IMG/VR virus record: IMGVR_UViG_3300046462_000389
Source: an uncultured virus (IMG/VR IMGVR_UViG_3300046462_000389)
Lineage: Duplodnaviria > Heunggongvirae > Uroviricota > Caudoviricetes
Length of the DNA: 64,000 bases
Direction: 5' to 3' (one strand)
This document shows, piece after piece, positions 54,379-64,000 of this stretch. The position numbers were made by a program, and so were the translations under genes. Position 1 is the first letter of the stretch. Every line of letters starts with the position of its first letter. The notes under the pieces were generated by a model, which did not search any database, had not been told where the DNA came from, and saw nothing but the letters and a program-made list of their open reading frames with translations.

Positions 54379-55302
54379 TCAAGCGGCACCTTCGACCGTG
54401 GCTGAGCCGAGCACAGCGGTCTTGGACGCGGTCTGGTAGACCAGCCGCAGTCGCTTGGACCGGCCAGATGCCCCCTTGCCGAGCTTGCCGACGAAGGTGA
54501 TCTCAGCGGTGCGGTAGCCAGCAGCCCCGCCGACAAGCCTGCGCGAGTCACGACGCCCTGACCAGCCGGTCGGCCACTTGGCATCGCCACCGTCGCCCTT
54601 GGTGTCACAGATGGTCCAGGCGATGTCGATCGCCTCACCGTCCTTGAGCCCGGTGATGGTGACGTTGGCGGTGTACACGATGATCTGGTCACCCGTGTCC
54701 TGGGCAGCTGTAGCCGAACCGCTGTCGTTCAGCGGGAAGGCCACGTTCCACTTCCCGGAGGTATCGGTCGGGATCCTCCAGTCCGTGCTGCGCCTCATGC
54801 TGGTTGCCTGGGTCATGCCAAGGAGTCCCTTCGGTTCGGGCGGTGCTGCTGGCTTCTTGTTCTTGACGGCCTGTTGCCAGGTCGGGGTGGACGATCCCTT
54901 GGGACCAGGTCCGGTGATCGGTCCACGACCGACCAGACCATTCCTACCGGCTTCCCACTCACTCTGCTGGTAGGCAGCTCCGCTGGAGACGTGCGGACAG
55001 CCTTTCCAGACGCCGTGACCGTGGGGGGAGAACTTCTGCGCAACAGTGCGGTGCTGCATCTCCACGCCCCACGAGCGCCAGACGGCCAGTGCTGCATCGG
55101 AGAAGTTACCGGTGTCCAGCACCCCTCCGCCGTCGTGAGTTCCGGCAGAAGCGGTGACCCCGCCCTTGTTGTAGCCAGCCTGGAAGATGGTGATCGAGCC
55201 GTTCTGGCTGATGATCCCCTTGGCCTTCATCTCGGCTTCGATCAGCGGCAGAGTGATGCGTTGGCACTCGCAGACCTTCCAGCCCCGATACATCACCACC
55301 AT
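54379..55302 (-). CDS. Endolysin, Zn-peptidase (M15-like) domain plus C-terminal domain
   Basis: SAGTHDGGGVLD and PHGH Zn ligands; probable leaderless start (TACGAT-6nt-ATG). Confidence 0.8.
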   Translation of the reverse strand: MVVMYRGWKVCECQRITLPLIEAEMKAKGIISQNGSITIFQAGYNKGGVTASAGTHDGGGVLDTGNFSDAALAVWRSWGVEMQHRTVAQKFSPHGHGVWKGCPHVSSGAAYQQSEWEAGRNGLVGRGPITGPGPKGSSTPTWQQAVKNKKPAAPPEPKGLLGMTQATSMRRSTDWRIPTDTSGKWNVAFPLNDSGSATAAQDTGDQIIVYTANVTITGLKDGEAIDIAWTICDTKGDGGDAKWPTGWSGRRDSRRLVGGAAGYRTAEITFVGKLGKGASGRSKRLRLVYQTASKTAVLGSATVEGAA

Positions 55303-55352
55303 GGCCTCATCGTAGAGCAGGGCAGCCTGGACGCCGCTGAGATGATGGCCCT

Positions 55353-56270
55353 ATGCCATGGGAGCGTCAGGGTAGCGGGTTCACCACCAAGGATCGAGGT
55401 GGTTATGTCAAGAACCCCGCGCAGTACGAGAAGCTCCGCTCCAAGGGCATGAGCAAGCAGCGGGCTGCTGCCATCACCAACTCGGTCAACAAGGGAGCCA
55501 CGGTGTACGACGGTGAGTTTGCCAAGGCGTTCTGGACCAGGCGCACCGATGAGCAGAAGGAACAGCTACGCGGTCTGCGGAGCAACCTGAAGCGCGCCAA
55601 GCGGCGGCGAGCAGGTGCTCGGGACTCGGCTGCCTTCAATGCCGAGCAGAAATTCCGGGATCGTAATCCGCACCTGTCGCTGGCTGCCGACATGTCCAAC
55701 GCTGTCTTCCCCGCTACCCACACCTCCAACGCGCTGAATGCCGGGTTCGCGGGCGCGAGAAACCGTGGAGTCCAGGAGCATCAGAACTCCGCGTACGGCC
55801 AGCGGCTGGAGCGGGACGTGAAACGGCACCGGACCAACTACCGCCAGGGCAAGAAGGAACTCAAAAAAGGAGCCAACATGATCGACAGCCCGTGGGAGCA
55901 GAGCGCCTTCTCTCCCGTCTCCAAGGCTCGGCAGGCCAACCGTAACCAGGCAATCGGACAGGGTGCAGGTGATCTCCTGGGTGCTGGGGCGATCGGCTCC
56001 GGTGTCGGTGCCGCGATGTCTGCGAAGAGCGGCAAGAAGTGGAGTGCCGGTTGGCGAGCTGGTGGTCGGACCACGGCTGAGTCTGCTGCTGGCGGTGCTG
56101 GTGGTGCGCTGGCTGGTGCTGGCATCGGTGCGTTGACTCGTCGTCCCACTGGGATCCAGACCGGTGCCCGGGTCGGTGGGTTGGTCGGCGGTATCGGTGG
56201 TGGTTTCCACGGCGGTAACGCCTCGGTCAACAACTCCCGCAACAAGGGTTGGCTGAAGCGCGGTTACTGA
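55353..56270 (+). CDS. Basic Gly/Ala-rich probable head-internal protein
   Basis: YEKLR.KGMSKQRAAAI.N N-terminus, xK(A/G) motifs, Gly zipper. Confidence 0.6.
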   Translation: MPWERQGSGFTTKDRGGYVKNPAQYEKLRSKGMSKQRAAAITNSVNKGATVYDGEFAKAFWTRRTDEQKEQLRGLRSNLKRAKRRRAGARDSAAFNAEQKFRDRNPHLSLAADMSNAVFPATHTSNALNAGFAGARNRGVQEHQNSAYGQRLERDVKRHRTNYRQGKKELKKGANMIDSPWEQSAFSPVSKARQANRNQAIGQGAGDLLGAGAIGSGVGAAMSAKSGKKWSAGWRAGGRTTAESAAGGAGGALAGAGIGALTRRPTGIQTGARVGGLVGGIGGGFHGGNASVNNSRNKGWLKRGY

Positions 56271-56295
56271 TGGCAAGGGCGATGAGGGAGAAACC

Positions 56296-57861
56296 ATGAC
56301 TTTGCAGATGGTCGACAGCTCGATCTCCAAGGCTGCTCCGCTGTTCACCACGCACGAGCGGAGAGAACGAGCCAATCGTTCTCAGCAGGCTCAGGACAAC
56401 ATGGGCCTCGGTATCACGGCTGCTGGTGGTGGTGGCTACGCCATTCATCGCGGTGCTAAGCATCTCGGGGCTGCCGGTCGCGCCTTCAACCTGTCGAACC
56501 AGAGCTACCGCTCAGGAGTGGCAGAAGAGGCCAAGAACAAGCCGTTCAGCACCAAGTTCGAGCGTCAGTCGCCCAAGAAGAAGGCCAAGCCCTACCGGTC
56601 GACCTCGACCACGCTGGAGCAGTCTTCTCGTACCTGGGGGGTACACAACCCGACCGCCAAGACCAACGCCTGGAACGCCTACCACCACTTCGCGGAGGGT
56701 GCGCGGTACCGCAAGATCGGACAGGGTCTGCGAGGACGTGGTGCGCTGCTCGCTGGTGGTGGTCTGGCTGCTGTCGGTGGTGGAACTGCCCTAGTTCGGC
56801 ACGGTTACCGCCAGTCGAATGCTCTGAAAGAGGAGAGGCGAGTACGCCAGTCAGAGCGTCGGGCCATGTCCAAAGCTGACTGGCAGACCCTGGAGAACAT
56901 CGACCGTAGTTCGAGCAAACAGCGCCGGAAGCAGAAGAGCGCCAAGGTGGCCGGATCAGCTGGTCTGGCGATTGCCGCTGCACCGCTGGTGGCCGATCTG
57001 CAGGGCACCCATGGTGCCGCTGACAGCTTCAGCCAGGCCCGTGGTCTGGGTACCAGGGTCAAGGCTGCCTCCAGCAGGTTCTACCCGGGAGGCGCGGGCA
57101 AGCGGGCAGGCACGGTGCTCAGGGCTGCTCGGGCCTTCCCCAAGGGCACCGCGCTGCTCGCTGGTGGAGCCCTGGCAGCTGGTGGGGGCAGCAAGTTCGC
57201 CTACCACTACGCCCGGGAGAAGCACTTCAACAACGAGGCAGCTGTCCGGCGCAAGTCCAACCATCAGGACTACCTGCGGAACAGGCGTCGGGTCAACAAG
57301 GCTCTCGGCCAGTCCATCCTGAAGCCACTGAAGGCCATGAAGCCAGCGGCTCGTGAGCTGCGGGCGGCTAAGAAGACCATGCCTGCGACGGCCCGGACAG
57401 TGGGTGCTCCCAAGGCCGGGACCAAGACAACCAACACCAGTGTCAACAAGCCGATGGGCTTCATGCGTCCGGGCAAGACCACCACCACCAACATGACCTG
57501 GGGTCAGGGTGGGACCAGCGCCATGGACCGGACTACGACATCGGGTAGGAAGGACAACTTCCTCTACCGACCTGCCAAGCACTTCGAGACGACCAGTACG
57601 GTGCGCTCCGGTCTGGGAGCTCCGAGCACCACCAGCACCAGCGGTACTACTCCCGGGCAGTTCACCAACAAGGGCAAGGTGGCCTTCGGTGCTGGTCTGG
57701 GGGTGGCTGGCACGGCAGGTGCACAGCAGGTCCACCAGAACACGGCGCAGCGTCGACAGCTGACCACCAGCGCCTTCGCCAAGAGCGCGCCAGACCAGGC
57801 AGACGCGCATGTTGTCGGTACGCTCAGGCGAGTAAAGAAGGTGCCCAGGAAGGCGGGTTAG
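56296..57861 (+). CDS. Basic Gly/Ala-rich probable head-internal polyprotein
   Basis: ISKA, MSKA, VNKA, FAKS motifs separating basic segments. Confidence 0.6.
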   Translation: MTLQMVDSSISKAAPLFTTHERRERANRSQQAQDNMGLGITAAGGGGYAIHRGAKHLGAAGRAFNLSNQSYRSGVAEEAKNKPFSTKFERQSPKKKAKPYRSTSTTLEQSSRTWGVHNPTAKTNAWNAYHHFAEGARYRKIGQGLRGRGALLAGGGLAAVGGGTALVRHGYRQSNALKEERRVRQSERRAMSKADWQTLENIDRSSSKQRRKQKSAKVAGSAGLAIAAAPLVADLQGTHGAADSFSQARGLGTRVKAASSRFYPGGAGKRAGTVLRAARAFPKGTALLAGGALAAGGGSKFAYHYAREKHFNNEAAVRRKSNHQDYLRNRRRVNKALGQSILKPLKAMKPAARELRAAKKTMPATARTVGAPKAGTKTTNTSVNKPMGFMRPGKTTTTNMTWGQGGTSAMDRTTTSGRKDNFLYRPAKHFETTSTVRSGLGAPSTTSTSGTTPGQFTNKGKVAFGAGLGVAGTAGAQQVHQNTAQRRQLTTSAFAKSAPDQADAHVVGTLRRVKKVPRKAG

Positions 57862-58631
57862 TGGCAAGTACCTGGTACTCCTCCAACACCCAGACCCCGA
57901 CCCATACTGCTGTCACCAGCCCGCAGTGGGGTGACATGTTCCTCTACGCGACCGGGGATGTCTGGCGCTACGACACTGCCTGGACCTACCAGTTCACGCT
58001 GTACGGGATCGAGGGGCGACGAGGACCGGTCGGACCGATCGGCCAGGGCTTCACCGTCTCCAGCGCGGTCAAGACGACTGCTCAGCTGCCGACCACGGCT
58101 CCGATGTACACCATCGTCGCGGTCACCGACCTGCAGGAGTACTGGCTGAAGACCGCCACCGCCTGGGTCAGCATGGGCTCCTACGCCGGTCAGCAGGGCA
58201 ACCCGGGGCCGCTCTGGTACGTCTACAACGGCACCACCATCAACTCCCCCTCCGATGTCAAGAACCCGCGTACTGGTGATCTGTACCTGGCTCAGAACGG
58301 CACCATCTCGACTTGGAGCGGCACAGCCTGGACTTCCCAGATGCAGCTCACCGGTCCGCCTGGTCCGGTCGGTCCCAAGGGTGACCCGGGGATCGCGGGT
58401 AGTCAGGGTCAGCCTGGCTCTCAGGGTCCGATCGGCAATCCCGGTCCTGCTGGTCCGACCGGTCTTACTGGCTCTCAGGGACCTCCTGGTAACACCGGTC
58501 CGGCTGGCCCCACGGGTCCAGCTGGCCCGACTGGTCCGATGGGCAATGCCGGTCTGATCGTGCTGGCCACAGGTGCTGCGGTGCCACCAGGCACTGCACC
58601 AGGCACTGTCATCCTGCGCGTCCCGGCGTAG
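57861..58631 (+). CDS. Collagen-like structural protein
   Basis: GD.YL..G..W motifs and a GXY run. Confidence 0.75.
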   Translation: MASTWYSSNTQTPTHTAVTSPQWGDMFLYATGDVWRYDTAWTYQFTLYGIEGRRGPVGPIGQGFTVSSAVKTTAQLPTTAPMYTIVAVTDLQEYWLKTATAWVSMGSYAGQQGNPGPLWYVYNGTTINSPSDVKNPRTGDLYLAQNGTISTWSGTAWTSQMQLTGPPGPVGPKGDPGIAGSQGQPGSQGPIGNPGPAGPTGLTGSQGPPGNTGPAGPTGPAGPTGPMGNAGLIVLATGAAVPPGTAPGTVILRVPA

Positions 58632-58646
58632 CCCATGGCCATCGAG

Positions 58647-59069
58647 TCAGCGGAGACCAGCTCGCCGCTCACGAGCAAGCTGAGCACGGCAGACTCGACA
58701 CTTGCGGGTGCCGTTCCGGTCGACCCAGGCGTCACGAAGATCGTGCCCTCGCTTGCAGGTGTCGGCTCTGAAGGCCACCGAGTTCGGAGCAGAGTTCCGC
58801 AAGGTGTTGATTCTGCTGCTGACTCCTTCCAAGTGATCAGGGTTTGCACAGAGAATGACTCTGCATAGGTGATCGAACTGGGGAGGAGGAGGACCGACGA
58901 GATGTTCCCAGACATAGCGATGGACCAGGGAGTATCCATTGCCGTTCCAGATCTTTCCGTAGCCCTTCGCGGTAGCTCCAGTCCAGATCCAACAGCCAGG
59001 AGACTGAACGTCCAGTCGGCTCGTGACCCGTTCCCAACGCTCTTCTTCGGTGATCGGTTTGCGTCCCAT
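58647..59069 (-). CDS. Free-standing HNH homing endonuclease
   Basis: CWIWTG..GYG..HR..DHLCR..CANPDHL..N..CKRGH..CRVC. Confidence 0.9.
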   Translation of the reverse strand: MGRKPITEEERWERVTSRLDVQSPGCWIWTGATAKGYGKIWNGNGYSLVHRYVWEHLVGPPPPQFDHLCRVILCANPDHLEGVSSRINTLRNSAPNSVAFRADTCKRGHDLRDAWVDRNGTRKCRVCRAQLARERRAGLR

Positions 59070-59094
59070 GTTCCCAGACTAGCAGGGTGATTGT

Positions 59095-60504
59095 ATGGCA
59101 ATCGAGTGGGGAAACTGGGATTATGGCGGCGGCAACGGGATGCGGGTCGGCATTGAGTACAGCACGTCCTCGGTGAACAACGGCAGCTCCTCGTGCACCT
59201 TCACCTACGACATCTGGACCGACAACCAGTACAGCTACAACGACAGCGGCCAGAAGCTGACCTACAGCGGTGACATCGGTGGCTCGACCACCTTCAACAA
59301 CAACCAGGGCTCGTCACAGGTCCAACGAGCATCCAAGGTCTTCATCTACTACTACTCATCGAACAGCTACGGATCGAGCCCCGGAAAATCCACCGCAACT
59401 GCCAAGATCAGCGGTACTTACAACGGGGTCACTCCGAGTCAGACGATCTCTCACACGATCCCGACCAGACCGATCGCTGCACCCAGCTCTCCCTCGGGTG
59501 GCTCGGCTGCCGAGGCCAGTGCCACCACCGCACTGTTGAGATGGCAGAACAACGCCACCTCCGGTAGGCCCTACAACAACCAGACCGTCAACGCCCGTCG
59601 TAACACGGGTGGACCTGGTGGCACCAATGGCTGGACCGGCTACACCACGCTGAACAACGTCGGGGCTACCGCGACCAGCTACACCCACTCGGGGATGCTG
59701 CCGAACTCGGTCTACCAGTACAACGTCACAGCCACCAACGATGTCGACACCTCTGGGGCCACCAGTTGTGGCTCGACCTGTACCACTCCGGCTGCTCCGA
59801 GCGACATCGTGGCCACCATCAACGGCACTGGCATCGACCTCGACTGGACGATGAACAGCTACCGCAGTTCCACCCCTAACCCGTGTGTGGTCACCGTCCA
59901 GCGCAGTGTCAACGGTGGTGCCTTCGCCACCGTGGCGACCCTGGGCGAAGGGACAAGCAGCTGGACCGACGACACTCCTGGTTCGGGATCGAACCAGTAT
60001 CAGATTGCCGTCAGCCAGCAAGACGCCTGGGTGAAGTCATCTCCCTACGTCACCTCCAACACCGTCACCACGGTCACCCCGCCACTGGCTCCGACCGGTC
60101 TGCTGCCCAACGGCACTGCGGTCGATCTGAGCAAGAACCAGACCTTCAGCTGGACCCACCACCCAGGCACGGACGGTGCAGCTCAGCAGGCCTGCCAGCT
60201 GCGGTTCTCCCAGGACGGCGGGAAGACCTGGACCAACATCCCGGTCCAGATCAGTGCGACCCCGAGCTACGTGCTGCCAGCCAACACCTTTGTCAATGGC
60301 ACTGGCTGGACCTGGCAGGTCGCTACCCGAGGTGTCGACACCGGAGGATTCGGGCCGTGGTCGGCCAGTGCCTCACTGAGCGTGCCGCCGTACATCTTCG
60401 AGCAGTGGAGCGGGAGCGCACTGTCCGGGAGAACCCTCGACGGGATGTGGAACGGTAGCGTGATCCAGGCCAACATCATCGCTTCGGTCGAGACCGTGAA
60501 ATGA
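59095..60504 (+). CDS. FN3-repeat virion protein
   Basis: PSSP..W..SYT..PNSVYQY.V.A.N and two further FN3-like units. Confidence 0.75.
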   Translation: MAIEWGNWDYGGGNGMRVGIEYSTSSVNNGSSSCTFTYDIWTDNQYSYNDSGQKLTYSGDIGGSTTFNNNQGSSQVQRASKVFIYYYSSNSYGSSPGKSTATAKISGTYNGVTPSQTISHTIPTRPIAAPSSPSGGSAAEASATTALLRWQNNATSGRPYNNQTVNARRNTGGPGGTNGWTGYTTLNNVGATATSYTHSGMLPNSVYQYNVTATNDVDTSGATSCGSTCTTPAAPSDIVATINGTGIDLDWTMNSYRSSTPNPCVVTVQRSVNGGAFATVATLGEGTSSWTDDTPGSGSNQYQIAVSQQDAWVKSSPYVTSNTVTTVTPPLAPTGLLPNGTAVDLSKNQTFSWTHHPGTDGAAQQACQLRFSQDGGKTWTNIPVQISATPSYVLPANTFVNGTGWTWQVATRGVDTGGFGPWSASASLSVPPYIFEQWSGSALSGRTLDGMWNGSVIQANIIASVETVK

Positions 60505-60525
60505 CGACTCAGGGAGAATGAGCAC

Positions 60526-63276
60526 ATGGATGCTGCCCAGTGGGTCTACGACACCGTCGCCAAGATGGACCCGGACGAGGCACGGATGTTCGCTCTGTTC
60601 GTGGCCGACGATCTACACATCAACGAGATCGCCAACAACCAACGGGCACTGTCAGCAGAGTACGACCGAGTCCAGAAGTCGATCTCGGACGATCTCGCTC
60701 CCTACTTCCTGCGCGAGCTGAACAAGGGTGCTGACCCCGAGGTCCTGGTGGCTCAGGCGGCAGCAGTCGCGGTGGCCAAGTCCAACTTCACCAACGACTG
60801 GTACATGTACCAGCAGCGTGACCATGGCAAGTTCGGTCGGATGACTCGTGGTCAGTACAAGGCTCAGGCCGAGCAGATCAAGGCTGGACAGAAGTCCGAC
60901 TACGAGGACCTGAAGGCTCTGAAGCGAGGTTACGTGGCGCGTGGTGGTCGGGCCACTGCCCATATGGCCGACACCCTGCACCAGCCTGTCCGTGACTTCG
61001 AGTCCCGATTCAACGAGCGCCCGAGCAATGAGAGCCAGGCCACCGACACGATGCGCCGGATGGGTGCCACCGGGAACCTGGTCTCGTCCCTGGGAATAGC
61101 TACCGGCAAGCCCAGTGTGGTGGCTGCTGGTCAGTTGGCCAGCATCGCCGGTATGTACGGGCCAGAGGCCGAGAAGGTGATCGGCCCCTCGATGAGGAAG
61201 ACGGCTTACCGCTACCGAGGGACCGAACGCACTCCGGACAAGAATCTGCAGGCCTACCAGAAGCACGCCGCCGCCCAGTTGAACCGGAACGAGGGGCGTC
61301 CAGCCAGCACCCCGCTGAAGCCCAACGAGAAGGTCTACGCCTCGCATCAGGCGGCGGTCAACTACATGCTCGGACTCGGCACTCAGAACGGTGAGCCAGC
61401 CCGGTCCCGGGTGCCCAGCGCCAAGATGGCCAACCTGCACCGTCAGGCGGGTCGGGTCACTCCGTCCGAGGGCATCATGATTGACGCCGAAGGCAACACG
61501 ATTGCCCAGGCGGTCGGGTTCGGAGAAGATCACTACCTGCCATTCAACCTGAAGAATCTGGGTGGTCTGAAGGGCGGCTCCTACGTCCGCACCCGGGAGT
61601 CCGGTGGGCTGACCTCAGAAGACATCTACGCTGGTCTGCTCTCCGGTGCCCGCTCGGTCTCGGTGGTCTCCAACTCCGGGGTGTTCACCCTGCACTTCGA
61701 CGACGACCTGCGTGGTGGTCGGCGCTACAACGACAAGGCCAAGCAGATGGTCGGTCGTTACGAGCACCTGCTGGACGCCGTCAAGTCAGAGAACGTGAAG
61801 AACCCAGAGCGGATGATGTCGCCTGAGACGAAGGCCCGGATTCGGCAGGAGACCGAGGACGAGTTCGCCGCACTGGATCTGCACCCGTCCAAGCAGGAAA
61901 TGGAAGGCTACGTCGAGCAGGCCATCACTGAGGCAGCCAAGAAGCCACAACTGACTCCGGAGCAGAAGACCAAGCTCGACAAAGACGTGGCTGACATCAC
62001 CCAGCACGAGGGCGAGGCTGCTGCTCGCCGGTTCAAGTACGAGAAGGAAGACGAGCTGCTGACCGACAACGCCGGGCAGAACTACCGGCTGGACGGTGAG
62101 GGCTACCAGGCGGCGATGCAGGCTCTGAAGGAGCAGTTCCCGTACTACATCGACGACGTGGAGTCGACCACCAGGAACAAGGTGCTGAACTCTGCCTCTG
62201 GCATCCCGGGCAGCCGGTTCCACGCCAAGCCTGATCAGGGCTATGTGAAGCCCCGGTATAACCGTCCCGAGGGTGCTCGGGCGGGCTACTTCGACACCAC
62301 CATCACTGGCGAGGGCAAGCGCGGGGCTGACAAGACCAACTACCAGAACTGGCGGGCACGAGGTCCCGAGCGGAAGACGAGCGAGGGGGATACCGCGACC
62401 ACTCCGGCAACCACTCCAGCCAGTAGTCCCCGGGAGCAGGCCCGCCAGATCCAGGACCGCCAGCGAGACGCTGACAAGCAGGACCGGCTGAAGACAGCCA
62501 CCAAGCACGATGCCAATCTGTGGTTGCAGACCCATGAGGCGGTCAAGGCGACCAACAACGCCGGGGTGATCTCCTCGATCCGGCATCCGTTGATGGACCG
62601 CTATCGGGGGATGAGCGAGGCCGAACGGGAGTCTTTCCTGGACTCTGACGAAGCACCCAAGCTACGGGGTGAGATCAAGACTCTGCTGGATGCCCACGGT
62701 GGCACGCTGCGGGCCAAGAACCCTGGTTTCAGCGCTGATGACTTCGACGAGATCGGGCTGGTCGAGCGTCAGACGGCCAAGCCGAAGTGGGATGACAGCA
62801 AGCTTGCCAGCCACACTGCGCCAGAGTCTCCGATGGGTCTGGACACCGATCAGCTGAAGACAGTCGCCGGGGACAAGGATCTGCTGGAGCTCTCGGCCAA
62901 GAGCGACGAAGAGCTGAAGACGATGTCCAACCAGGCCCGGACCAACCGTCGTCAGGCTGACATTCGGATGAACGGCCCTCACGTCAAGCAGTACGACGCA
63001 GAGGTGAAGCGGATCGAGCAGGCTCGGGCGTTGAAGGTGTCCCGGCCTCCGGAGCCGAAGACCGCTGTGGAGACCAAGCCCGCCACCACTGCGGTGGATA
63101 CCAAGCCAGACGCGCACGCCGCCTTTGAGAACGAGGTCAAGCGAGCCAACTCGATCTCTGACCGGTTTGACCGGGCAGAGGCTCTGGACCGACTTCAAGA
63201 AGATGAGCATGGTCTGTTCAGCGGGGTGCCGAATGATGAGAAGGAAGCTGTCCTCCAGCGTCACCGGAGGAACTAG
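60526..63276 (+). CDS. Large probable head-internal/ejected protein
   Basis: 916 aa; xK(S/G) motifs, RDHGKF motif; probable leaderless start. Confidence 0.6.
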   Translation: MDAAQWVYDTVAKMDPDEARMFALFVADDLHINEIANNQRALSAEYDRVQKSISDDLAPYFLRELNKGADPEVLVAQAAAVAVAKSNFTNDWYMYQQRDHGKFGRMTRGQYKAQAEQIKAGQKSDYEDLKALKRGYVARGGRATAHMADTLHQPVRDFESRFNERPSNESQATDTMRRMGATGNLVSSLGIATGKPSVVAAGQLASIAGMYGPEAEKVIGPSMRKTAYRYRGTERTPDKNLQAYQKHAAAQLNRNEGRPASTPLKPNEKVYASHQAAVNYMLGLGTQNGEPARSRVPSAKMANLHRQAGRVTPSEGIMIDAEGNTIAQAVGFGEDHYLPFNLKNLGGLKGGSYVRTRESGGLTSEDIYAGLLSGARSVSVVSNSGVFTLHFDDDLRGGRRYNDKAKQMVGRYEHLLDAVKSENVKNPERMMSPETKARIRQETEDEFAALDLHPSKQEMEGYVEQAITEAAKKPQLTPEQKTKLDKDVADITQHEGEAAARRFKYEKEDELLTDNAGQNYRLDGEGYQAAMQALKEQFPYYIDDVESTTRNKVLNSASGIPGSRFHAKPDQGYVKPRYNRPEGARAGYFDTTITGEGKRGADKTNYQNWRARGPERKTSEGDTATTPATTPASSPREQARQIQDRQRDADKQDRLKTATKHDANLWLQTHEAVKATNNAGVISSIRHPLMDRYRGMSEAERESFLDSDEAPKLRGEIKTLLDAHGGTLRAKNPGFSADDFDEIGLVERQTAKPKWDDSKLASHTAPESPMGLDTDQLKTVAGDKDLLELSAKSDEELKTMSNQARTNRRQADIRMNGPHVKQYDAEVKRIEQARALKVSRPPEPKTAVETKPATTAVDTKPDAHAAFENEVKRANSISDRFDRAEALDRLQEDEHGLFSGVPNDEKEAVLQRHRRN

Positions 63277-64000
63277 ATGACGGTCCAACTGGACGAGACC
63301 AACCACGTCATCTGGCCAGATGACCTGACTCCGGATGAGACCAACCAGATCAACGCGGTTGCTGCCATGCCGGATCAGACCGGCAGAACACTGCCCAAGG
63401 CGGCAGCTGCCATCGGGGGTGCTTTCCTGGTCTACCAGGCCTACATGAAGCATCGGCTGAGCAAGCAGTTGAAGGGTGCCGAGGACCTACCACCCCAGCA
63501 GTACGCGGCGGTCATCCAGCAGACCTTCAACACTTTCATGCCTGCCTGGACCTACATGGTCACCCCGGCCATCTTCAGCTCCTACCTGTCCGGAGTGGAG
63601 ATGGCCGAACAGTCGATCGCCTCTCAACAGCTGCGGGATCTAGCCCTGCGCTACTCCTGGGGCCTGGGTGAGTACCTGAACAACAGGAGTATCGACGCTG
63701 CCATCCGGGGCTATCAGGCTCAGCTGAACCGGAACATCAACGGCAAGATCGCCCTGGCCAACATCATTGATGCCTTCGCCGTGCCGGTTCCGGGGGTCAG
63801 GAGCCTGGTCACCCTGTGGACCGGGCGTGCGGAGGCGAAGGTTTCTGAGGCTGCGCTGCCCTCGGTGAAGAAGGCCAGGATCAACCGGCAGATCGTTGCC
63901 CAGCTGCACCAGCGGGCAGAGCTGATCGGTGACCAGGAGAGCTTCAGCGCCCAGTCCACCGGCAAGCAACTGGCCTGGTCCTACGCTCAGCAGATCGGTC
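63277..64000 (+). CDS. Probable MuF-like head morphogenesis protein (partial)
   Basis: Open to the window end; RAELIGDQE resembles the MuF RA..IARTE motif. Confidence 0.5.
   Translation, partial: MTVQLDETNHVIWPDDLTPDETNQINAVAAMPDQTGRTLPKAAAAIGGAFLVYQAYMKHRLSKQLKGAEDLPPQQYAAVIQQTFNTFMPAWTYMVTPAIFSSYLSGVEMAEQSIASQQLRDLALRYSWGLGEYLNNRSIDAAIRGYQAQLNRNINGKIALANIIDAFAVPVPGVRSLVTLWTGRAEAKVSEAALPSVKKARINRQIVAQLHQRAELIGDQESFSAQSTGKQLAWSYAQQIG

Larger units (their letters stand above)
1..64000. mobile_element. Tailed dsDNA phage genome segment, probably an actinobacteriophage
   Basis: Terminase, portal, tail, lysis and replication genes throughout; no host housekeeping operons; WhiB and GC-rich codon usage. 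Confidence 0.95.

Noticed and set aside
54346..54381. Genome-wide TGA recoding or selenocysteine insertion
   Set aside because: TGA ends many genes with normal TGATG/GTGA coupling; no suppressor tRNA or sel genes seen; the UGA falls in a linker, not at a catalytic Cys position
56635..56644. 10-nt complement to the sRNA1 loop (TGGGGGGTAC)
   Set aside because: Too short to be significant in a GC-rich 64-kb window, and mid-gene

Overview
The whole window is part of a GC-rich tailed dsDNA bacteriophage genome, very probably infecting an actinobacterium (WhiB gene, actinophage-type holin and peptidase endolysin, many apparently leaderless genes). No integrase, CRISPR array, rRNA or canonical tRNA is visible. 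Layout: 1-4521 (+) is the end of the tape measure and the tail genes. 4518-21529 (-) is one long leftward block of large terminase, minor tail/collagen proteins, small terminase, WhiB, RuvC-like resolvase, Cas4-like exonuclease, HNH, holin, DnaE-type polymerase, SSB, MerR-like HTH, primase and DnaB helicase. 21530-21954 is an AT-rich divergent control region holding three tandem promoter-structured RNA-terminator units. 21955-44438 (+) is an early/accessory region of small genes punctuated by repeated and highly structured intergenic elements. 44478-64000 has the portal, beta-helix/collagen appendage proteins, an inverted lysis cassette and basic head-internal proteins. Best candidates for new biology: (1) a four-member family of promoter-sRNA-terminator units; (2) a 127-codon ORF overprinted inside dnaE whose limits coincide with a sharp codon-usage anomaly; (3) a peptidase endolysin joined in frame, across one UGA plus a hairpin, to a GH25 muramidase with no canonical start; (4) a shared R[IL]VRD motif at the termini of replication-block proteins; (5) 9-10 bp direct-repeat operators on two leaderless promoters next to a BldC/Xis-like HTH gene. 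All product calls come from motif recognition by eye, not database searches.
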